Part shown: positions 54,717 through 64,000 of the stretch, piece after piece
Position numbering within the stretch: the first letter of the stretch is position 1
How the letters are laid out: every line of letters starts with the position of its first letter
Assembly (NCBI GenBank): GCA_012295275.1
Contig: CM022671.1
Span: forward strand, 18,166,001-18,230,000
Reading direction: 5' to 3'
Length of the DNA stretch: 64,000 nt
DNA from: Chrysomallon squamiferum
Lineage: Eukaryota; Animalia; Mollusca
Notes under the pieces: generated by a model
What the model was told of the DNA's origin: nothing
The model's input: only the letters and a program-made list of their open reading frames with translations
Database searches by the model: none
Made by a program: the position numbers and the translations under genes

Positions 54717-55619
54717 CTGAAACAAACAATTTAAAAAAATGTGTGTTGTGTGTGCATGTTTATATATCCACACACTTTGTGTTTTGTTTGTTTATATATA
54801 TATATATATATCTTTCTATATTTTTTAAACAAATTTAGTATGTCTTCTTTCTTTCTTTGCTTTTAACATAACCATACAGTTTCAGTAATTATAAATATTA
54901 AATATAGTTTCAATTATTTAAACAATTTAATACATCTTCAATTTGTTTGAGTTTTTTAACAGTTTAAATATAGTTTTAACTTTGTTTACAAATTCAATAT
55001 ATATATATACATTATTTTTTAACATATTATGTAAACAGTTTCAATTTCTTAAATATGTTAAATAAATACTTTCAATTATTTTAATTTATTAGATAAATAG
55101 TTTCTAATTACTTTCACATTTAATAAAGTTTCAATTACTTTGATATATTAAATAAACAGTTTCAGATATTTTAGCACAATAAAAGAAATTAAAAATACAA
55201 ATAATAAATGCTATAAAATGCAAAATTAAAGCAACAAATAATATTCCATTTCTATTTTTCTGTTTCTTTCATGGCGTATTGGATGTCTAAAAATAACAGG
55301 CTGCTTTGTTTGTGTAGACCAAAAATCGTAATTGATGTCTTGAGTATTTGAATAAGAAAAACAGATTTTGTTTAATATTTTTTATATAAAAACATTGATA
55401 ATCAAAACTAAAATATTCTTTAAAAAACCAATATAATCAGAATTGAAGTATCTTTTGGGGTTTTTTTTTCCTTTTTCTGTTTTATTATATTTTGTTTTTT
55501 CACTCAACAAGATGAAATAAATGCTTTTCTAAATAAAATGCATTAAACCCGAAAGCTCATAAATATTCATATTCTAAAAACTTGGTTCACGTCTTAACAA
55601 AGGCTTGTTTTTCTTTGCC

Positions 55620-56345
55620 AGTCCTCAGATTACTATTTTTTTTAATTTTTATTATTTTTTAAAACTAATGACTTTTCTTTGTCTTTTAAGTTGTTAATGA
55701 AAATATTATATAACATGTTTACATAGCATTGATACTTCAATTTTGATTATATTTTTATTCCTGTTTTATAAAATTCTTTAATATAAATTGTTTCTACAGT
55801 ATAAATATAACAGTCACCTGTTTTATATTACATTACAGCTGTCATAAGAATTGTAATATTACAAATATTTGAATGATACTGTTGCCATGGCTTTGTATCT
55901 TGCAGGCTGTATCTTATTTGATTCCTGGGACTAGAAATACTCAAACTAAAAATGCCTCTGTACAAACTGTTTTGTTTGCGAATCCTCAGATCACTATTTT
56001 TTAAATTTCAATTCTTTTTTAAAACTAAAGATTTTTCTTTGTCTTTTAAGTTGTTAATGAAAATATTATATCTCATGTTTACATATCATTGATACTTTGA
56101 ATTTTATTATATTTTTATTCCTGTTTTATAAAATTACTTTAATATAAATGTTTCCTTCAGTTTAAATATAACAGTTCACCTGTTCTTTATTACTTTACAG
56201 CTGCTGAAAAAATTGTAATATTACAAATATTTGTAACAGTGATGATACTGTTGCCATGGCTTTGAAACTTGCAGGCTGTTTCCTATTGGTTTCCTGGGAC
56301 TAGAAATACTCAAATTAGAAATGCCTCTGTTCAAACTGTTTTTAT
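55620..56345 (+). repeat. Tandem duplication of ~361 bp in IPPK intron 5
   Basis: TCCTCAGAT..., TGTCTTTTAAGTTGTTAATGAAAATATTATA, GATACTGTTGCCATGGCTTTG and TCCTGGGACTAGAAATACTCAAA each occur twice ~361-372 bp apart. Confidence 0.92.
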
Positions 56346-56834
56346 CCGACTTCTTATATGTTTCTTTGAAATCCGCCTTTTAAATATTATTTAAATAAAA
56401 AGAACTGAACAAAGTACCCAAAACAAAAAAGCAAAACTTTAGGTCTACAAATAATAAATCTATGCATTAAAAAGAAAGGTAATGTTGTTATGCAAACTTT
56501 TCTTTGAAACTGGCCATTTTGTGACTCAAGAAACAAGAAAAAAAATAATGATACAGGCATATAAACTATCCAAAAGAATGGATGTTCTTATGCAAACCTT
56601 TTCTTGAAATCACCCATTTTGACATCAAATATAATGATGCAGGTGTTTAAAAGATCTTAAAAAAAATGGAAATGTGATAGATAGCACTAGCTGGATTGGT
56701 AAAAAAAAAAAACCCAGAAGCACTGAACAGGACTGATCCTGTAACCTGATATACCTCAGTCTGGTATTCTTGCCACACTGCTCTAGTAGTTCACTGTTTT
56801 CACTGAATAAATAAATAAATAAATAGCTGTGTAC

Positions 56835-56983
56835 CTTTATCTCAATGCTGATTGTTGTACAGTGGTGGTCCTTGTTGCACTCAAGAATGTCGGGGCTCTG
56901 AGAAACAAAACACACATCCGGTAGAACCATTGCAGATCTCGCAACGCTGTCAAGAACATCAGGACTTGTATTCTTTCGATGAA
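56835..56983 (-). CDS. IPPK: IPPK coding exon 5 (VHRKNTSPDVLDSVARSAMVLPDVCFVSQSPDILECNKDHHCTTISIEIK)
   Basis: tttttgcag acceptor, AAG|gtacac donor. 149 nt, phase 1/0. Contains AMxLP(D/N) and the first half of the EIKPK catalytic motif. Confidence 0.95.
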
Positions 56984-57567
56984 CTGCAAAAACAAAATGT
57001 GTTGATTAACAAATGAACTACTGAATCATTAAATGAATGTAAAAGATGATCTAATGATGGAAAGCTTCTTTTAATTATCTCTAAACATGTTTATATTAAA
57101 AGTTATTAAAATACAGTGTGACCAATTTAATGCCAATCCTTTATTTTTTTTTTTTACAGTCAACTTTCATTCAAGTACCATCTCCATCTCTTTATAAATC
57201 TCTTGATTGTCTGTCACCTCTCAGTCTGCCTTCCACAAAACACAGTGTCAAACATAATTTCATTTAGCTTTTATAATCCACCAACAATTTGTTCAGCAGT
57301 AATTAAGCTCTTGACTGATAAAAGAAAAACACCTAAACTAAACACCAATTCTCCAGCACAGGTTCTCTGCTTTGTTTCCAAAGTCAGTCTTCCATGTTAA
57401 ATAATAATTAAATATGTGTTGTGCCACTGCTGAAAAGTTTTAATTTAATTTTGTTTATATGCTTTCAATGAGTATGTATGTATGTACATTAGCTTCAGAA
57501 TTCAAGAATTTATTTAACCTTAATAAAACTTTGTTACAAGAAATACATTGAAAATACATTAAAATAC

Positions 57568-57598
<31 letters not shown>

Positions 57599-57988
57599 CA
57601 ATAACAAAAATTATAATAGTAATAGTATTATTAACAATAATGATGATGATGATGATAATAATAATAAGAAGAAGAAGACGAAAAAAAAAGAACAATAACA
57701 ATAATAATTGCGATATTATCAAATAATGATATTAAAAGAAACAAAATAATGATGCATGCTACAAACCACATTCAAAAAAAATATTAAATAGATATTATTA
57801 TTTAATAAATATTTGTAAATTTAATTAATAAAACAATTATCTTTCTTCTTTTCTTTTCTTTCTTTCTTTTTTTCTTGTTTGTTTGTTTTAGTGTTTTTTT
57901 CATTCAGGTCAAATATAAACCCAGTGTCTTGTATACACACACATGCATGCATGCATGCATGCATATACACACATACAATTGTAATTAC

Positions 57989-58055
57989 CTGGTCTGGAAT
58001 CAGCCACTGCTGGTTGGACTTTCCTGACAAAATTTTCTTCTATGGCTGTCAGCTC
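57989..58055 (-). CDS. IPPK: IPPK coding exon 4 (ELTAIEENFVRKVQPAVADSRP+1 nt)
   Basis: ttttgcag acceptor, CAG|gtaatt donor. 67 nt, phase 0/1. Contains the conserved ..FV......RP pattern. Confidence 0.92.
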
Positions 58056-58531
58056 CTGCAAAATAAACAAACAAATAAAATAATTCTAGACAGTGACTGA
58101 GAATTTAAAATAAAATAAATGAAGTAAATACAATCAGCATAACCCAGTACCACTTAAAACTACTTTAAAATATCTATTTCAAAATATAATATAGATAAAA
58201 AAATACAATAAAATAATAAAAATTAAAAATAACTAATATTTTAATATTATTTATTTTTCTTTGTACACAGTCACTACATGAAAATAAAAAATAAAAAATG
58301 CTTTTGTGTTAATTGTTGATTACTATTAATGGTTGTAAGCAATCTTTCACACTGCTTTAATCCAAGAGTCACATTTTTATCAAAGGTTTTTGAAAACAAA
58401 AAGCTTTTAAACAACATGAAACATATAAAGATAATTATATTAAAACTGACAAAAAGACAGAGAAATGGAAATGTAAAATTATTTTGCAATCATTTTAATT
58501 CTTTTATTTGTGTTTCGGATTATATACTTAC

Positions 58532-58630
58532 AGGAGAATCCACATATTCTGCAGAGAGCAGTGGTTGCATTATGTTCTTAACATAGTCAACTATATGTCT
58601 TAAAGCAGCATCAATCAGTTCTCGTTTTGA
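58532..58630 (-). CDS. IPPK: IPPK coding exon 3 (SKRELIDAALRHIVDYVKNIMQPLLSAEYVDSP)
   Basis: ttttcaacag acceptor, gtaagt donor. 99 nt. Resembles vertebrate LQNIVDFGKNVMKEFLGENYV. Confidence 0.93.
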
Positions 58631-59244
58631 CTGTTGAAAATAATTAATATTATTATCATTAAATGCTAAATATATAAATTTAATATTTGTGATAAAAATA
58701 AAACTGTATACCAAACCTGCATTTGAAAATTTATCTAGTTATTTCAAATCTGAATTATGTGGACTGTAGAATTAATATTAACAAATACAAATATGTAGAT
58801 GTAACAGAAGTTAAATGTTAATATTTTATACTGAATTACTTATTCCATCTGTCTTTCTTTTTAATTTTTTATTATAATAAAATCTATTATATAATGAATT
58901 ACATTTTTTTACATCAAACAGTATGAACACTATGACATGACATTATGGGTGTGGTAGGTGAATGCTGCTGCATACCCACCAAAGATGATAAATTCATGAT
59001 AAATATCTCTCAGTAATATAATTATGGATAATAATGTGAAACTAATTTGTTACATTTTAAGTTCATATACACCCATGGGTGATATTATTTTTTCTGGTCC
59101 CCATTATGAAAATATGTCACATTTGTTCTCAGATAGGAAACCACACCCTACTGCTAGATCTATCATGACAACACATAGTAAATCAAACACAAACTTGCTG
59201 GATCCTGTAATCTTATTTTAAATATAATACATGTCCAAACTTAC

Positions 59245-59310
59245 AACAAAAGAGTCTTGATTAAGCCTCTGGGTAAAATACTTCTTAACCAGGCGGTACA
59301 CTTTTCGATT
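59245..59310 (-). CDS. IPPK: IPPK coding exon 2 (NRKVYRLVKKYFTQRLNQDSFV)
   Basis: Polypyrimidine tract + tttag acceptor, gtaagt donor. 66 nt, phase 0/0. VYRLVK aligns with the family V-L-R-x-x-K strand. Confidence 0.9.
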
Positions 59311-60012
59311 CTAAAGATGGAGATAAAGAGAAAAAGAGTGCTTTAATACAATTATTAAAATAACTGGAAAAAAAATTAATAATAATAAAAAAAAAAAAAA
59401 AAATGAGAGAACCTGTCAATAAACACTGTCAATATTAATGGATTTTGGGCAAAAATAAATAGATATAAATACTGCATTATTTATCTGCTTTAATGCACAT
59501 GACAGGTAAAGTAAAGTTTAGCAATATAATTATGTAATTAGGTGACTGAATTTTTAAAATCTCTTTAATTATTATAACTCATTGGATGTATGACAACTGT
59601 TTAATATTAATAACAAGACTGGTTAACATTTATTATAAATATATCATTCATATAACATAAATGAGGTATTATTCCAATAATATCAGGTAAGATATAACTT
59701 ATAAGCTATAACCTAGTCTTTAAATTTAATCTGCTGATTTATTGAAATAAAAACTATGTGGAGGTTTTTAATTTGTTTCTTTTTAATATATACAGTTGTA
59801 TTCACGGAAATAAATATAAAGATTCAATGTATTATTACTGTATCGAAATTCTACTGGTATTATCATGATTATTATATTTCCTAATTCACATTTCTCGACA
59901 AAACAAATCAAAACAAAAATCAGTTATACTGTGATCAGCTGAAATTAATTTTTATAAAAAAGGTGACCGGCTAAGCACAATTTTCTCCCCTATTTATTTA
60001 TGTAATACACAC

Positions 60013-60096
60013 CTGAGGATCAGCGACGACGAGGGCGCAGTTTCCTTCGCCTCTATAATGCCAGTCAACATCGTTCCCCAGCATGGGCCGCGCCAT
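60013..60096 (-). CDS. IPPK: Inositol-pentakisphosphate 2-kinase, coding exon 1 (MARPMLGNDVDWHYRGEGNCALVVADPQ)
   Basis: ATG in AAGATGGCG context. W-x-Y-x-GEGN-x-x-LVVA glycine loop matches the IP5 2-kinase N-terminus (human, from memory: WGYHGEGNKSLVVA). 84 nt, ends CAG|gtgtgt, phase 0. Confidence 0.95.
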
Positions 60097-60200
60097 CTTG
60101 GCTAACGTTTTCCTTTCTTTTACGAGACAGGAGAGTTCCAATTCCGCTATAGCGTGAATCACTGGAAAATAGCATAATCCTAATGAAACAAACGAAAAAT
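60089..60200 (-). promoter_or_regulatory. IPPK 5'UTR/core promoter region with YY1-type motif overlapping the start codon
   Basis: Local CpG-rich island. Minus-strand CCAAGATGGCGC matches the YY1 consensus around the ATG. Confidence 0.55.
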
Positions 60201-60997
60201 ATTTTCAAGTGTATATTAGAATATTTTTATAATTATATTATATATTTATATATTTTATCCATCATTAATATTTTCTTTATACAAAGGAAATTTCAGTTAT
60301 TATATTTCTAAAACAATTAATTTTTTTAAAGAGAAAGAATTATAATAAATCATTGTTTGAACAATACTGAGATGTTTTATCTTATACATTTTGAATCACA
60401 AACATAAAGGAATAAAAAATAAAAATAAAAGATACGAACAGACAGTACATGACTATAACATTTATCGATTTATTTAAAACACAATTATCGCTTTAAAAAT
60501 TTGTTTTAATGTGTGTCGAAGACAGATGTTACATTAATAAAACTGTATTAAACAAAAATGATAACAATCTAATAATTATATTATATAATTTAATTTCACT
60601 TTTGCATAGTATCATACATTAATAAATAATAATAATAATAATGTGTTTTTCCCCTTTTTTATCCTTTTTCAGCAAATGAAATATAAAAGTTTGCATATTT
60701 GATATTAAATTTTACGCATTAGCAATGCTAATACACATATAAAACTATATCTAAATTATGATCGAATGCTTAAATCGTCGAAATGCATAAACACGAATGT
60801 TGACAGAAACGTATAAAAACACGTATTCGCAAAACTATATACACCTATATTCGTAAACACGCCACTGATCATTATGCCAAAAATCTAAATATGACTGTGT
60901 GGAATTTTACAGTTCATCAGCGAAATAATAAAGAGTTTAATTAAGTGGTAAGAGTATGTGAGCCACGCGTAGTAAATTAAAGAACGTATACAGAACA

Positions 60998-61002
<5 letters not shown>

Positions 61003-61090
<88 letters not shown>
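61003..61090 (+). repeat. (TC)n microsatellite
   Basis: Perfect dinucleotide run. Confidence 0.97.
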
Positions 61091-61093
<3 letters not shown>

Positions 61094-61951
61094 AATTATC
61101 CACAGGGTTATTATTGGTTAAAATATTGTAAACGTTTCAACCAACTTCTGCCTGATATTAGAAACAAGCAAAAACAATAAGAAAAAATTACGATTATGAA
61201 AGTATCAACATGCACAATAATATACTTATGTAATATATTATCATTTTTTAAATTTATTATTATTCTTAATTTCTTATGAACTGCATAAAAAAAACCATTT
61301 GAATTTCATATGTATATAAAGGGTCTAAATATGTGTGGTGAATATATTATGTATATTTATATTGTGTACGTGCAGATGTCCATATTCATTGTTCTTGTAT
61401 ATGATGCGTGTAATTGTGTACATACATATTGCGTGTGTGTGTGCATGTGCGTGGATGTGTTTGTATGTGTATATGGACACGTAGACATACAAATTAGGTC
61501 AGACGATGGCTTATAAATTTACTCCTATTTAGACACTGCAACTCTTTTGGATGACGGCTTGAAAAGATTAACAAGATACGATCCCCATGTCTCCGAGTTA
61601 TCTTTACCCCCAGATCATAACTAATACAATTCATTATAATAACATATAATTATTTTTACCTGTTCATAAAATAAATGAATGCCAAATATAATATTCCAGA
61701 ATGTGAAGGTACATCACATCATACGAGCTGTTAAAATAGTCAAGTCTCTCTGACCCTGCTTATATAATAAAGTGCATGAAATATAACACGTCTGTGGTGA
61801 CAAGCAACGAGAGTGTCTAACACTATAATACCTTAAAACATATGTATATATATATATTCATAAATGTTAATTATATTTGTATAATATATATGGGATTGTG
61901 TTTATGTATGTGTCTGTGTGCCTGTGTGTATATGTGTGGTGTGTATGTATG

Positions 61952-62053
<102 letters not shown>

Positions 62054-62242
62054 AGTTGTGTTTGTTTTTTTTATAATTTTTACATTTATATGGCGCCGTA
62101 TATATAATTATGAATCGTACAGATAATGACAGAGCAATGACAATTTGCAACAGGAGATCTATACACACATACCCATAGACAGGAAAATCAGCAGTGGAGC
62201 ACTGGGGAGAGAGAAATTTAATTCGTTTTCTTGTTGTTATTG

Positions 62243-62274
<32 letters not shown>

Positions 62275-62538
62275 TTATTTACTATTTTTTGCTCTGTATT
62301 TTTAATTCTGCCCATTACCTGCAGAATGTTGTAATAAATACACAAATAAACACATACACAGACGAATAGAAAGAAAAAAGAAAGAAAGAAAAGAATGTGA
62401 AAACTATTGAGTACCAACAAATAAACAAGGGCAACTAAGTAAATTCTTAACTACAGGAAATAATATGTTTGTCTAAATAGTTACTTCTCTTAACGAATCG
62501 TAAACATCTGCGTACGTGCATCCAGGGGAGCGTCACTA

Positions 62539-62593
<55 letters not shown>

Positions 62594-62757
62594 GGCCATC
62601 TCCCAAACTTAATTTTCACATTATAATACCATAGTAAATTCCAGCCTTTAATATGTGTCGAATTTACATAATTTTATATCTAACATTACGTCATTTTTTG
62701 AAACAAATTTGTAAATGGTGCAATAAACTCTAATAATAAAAATAATAATAATAATAA

Positions 62758-62792
<35 letters not shown>

Positions 62793-62989
62793 GAATATGC
62801 ATAGGACCATCCTTTGCATGTATGGATCTTTAAATAAATGATCTCAAACACTGATGGAAAGATAAACTACGAACAGGTGCGATATGGGTCAGCGTGCAAT
62901 ATCAATTCTAACACTGACATGACTATGAAAATTAAATTAAGAAGAAAAAAAAAGAGCAACACCGTGACACCATTATGAGCCCGCAACAA

Positions 62990-63420
62990 TAAACATGTTT
63001 ACTCTGTTTTCGGTTAACCGCGATAACACTGGCTTGCGAGATTATGTAAGCACCTCAAGTCTACTTCGGCTCAGTCTGTGACCTCAACTCAAGATGCGTC
63101 ACGAATTTTCAGCCAATCGATTCTTGTTTCTATGGCTTGTTTACGCCAAACTGCGTCATAACCGGATCGTTTCTCTTTAGATCGCTACGCCTTCTGGAGA
63201 ATGATTAACGATAGGACGAATTCAGCACTTGGAATCGCGTAGGTGTAGCGTTTAATTACGTACGTTGCTGAATGCGGTTATTCGCGGTTCACTCTCCGGC
63301 CATCGGTTCGGTGTAGATTTGTTTTGCTATATCTCGGATATCATCGATTTTTCTTCCTTGCAAACCCACCTACGTGCCAGTCGCTCAACATGAAAGCTAT
63401 TGAAAATATCGATCATCTGG
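62990..63420. promoter_or_regulatory. CpG-rich promoter-like segment
   Basis: Highest CpG density in the window by eye. AGCCAATCG (NF-Y) at ~63111, two TGCGTCA CRE/ATF-like motifs (~63095, ~63152), ACCGGAT Ets-like core. Confidence 0.55.
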
Positions 63421-63631
63421 TTATTTTCTCCGCATTAAAAAATAAACTAGTGATATGAAGCTAGTTCAGTAATTAACGACACATAACACATCGTTTTATT
63501 TATTTATTTACATTCACTGCTTGAGAGAGCATAAGGAAAACGGAAAATTGGGTCGTTGTCCCTCTCCATCTACTCACACACATATACCTATCTCCTGTTT
63601 ATTCTCATAAACACACACGCACAGACACACA

Positions 63632-63726
<95 letters not shown>

Positions 63727-63811
63727 GGTATTCAGTTTGTCAGATTCCAAACATGAAAATATACGTTTCACAGTGCATCGCTTTTTGTGTGTTTTTTTTT
63801 TTTTTTTTTTT

Positions 63812-64000
63812 TTTAAAAAATGTATTAAAGCACTCTTTTTCTCTTTACCTCTGTATTTAGAATCGAAAGTGTGCCGCCTGGTTAAGAAGTATTTTACTGA
63901 GAGGCTAAATGAAGACTTGCTGTAAATTGGGAACATGTATTATATTTAAGATAAGATTACAGCATCCAGCAAGTTTGTGGTTGATTTATTGTCATGTCGT
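63812..64000 (+). pseudogene. Inverted degenerate copy of IPPK exon 2 (63861-63921) with flanking intron sequence; runs off the window end
   Basis: Reverse complement of ~59160-59360: shares tgtattaaagcactctttttctcttta..tttag, the exon body (6 substitutions plus 1-nt and 4-nt deletions by my alignment) and the downstream catgtattatatttaa.ataagattacag.atccagcaagtttgtg. Donor mutated gtaagt->gtaaat. Confidence 0.88.

Noticed and set aside
63180-63400. Duplicate of IPPK exon 1, or a tRNA/snoRNA/telomerase RNA
   Set aside because: No alignable similarity to exon 1, no A/B boxes or cloverleaf, no terminal C/D pair, and no CTAACCCT template.

Overview
AT-rich, microsatellite-dense animal (invertebrate-like, possibly molluscan; organism not determinable) genomic DNA. 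The only protein-coding gene I can support is a minus-strand inositol-pentakisphosphate 2-kinase (IPPK/IPK1). Seven coding exons were reconstructed by hand with GT-AG boundaries and a continuous frame (ATG at 60096, exon 7 at 11747-11805); the rest of the gene lies left of the window. Introns 1-5 are 0.5-2.1 kb, but intron 6 is 42,815 bp and intron 7 is >11.7 kb. These giant introns contain many complex, CpG-retaining, motif-rich non-coding islands (Su(H)/TCF/AP-1, NF-Y/MEF2, NFI, CTCF-like, posterior-Hox-like) between satellites, as expected of a bystander gene carrying enhancers for a neighbouring gene (inference). Also present are a mariner remnant, a Tc1 (DD34E) remnant, several ~40-bp minisatellites and local duplications. 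At the right edge, an inverted, frameshifted copy of IPPK exon 2 with its intron flanks sits just downstream of a CpG-rich promoter-like segment. Almost all ORFs in the supplied track are low-complexity artefacts.
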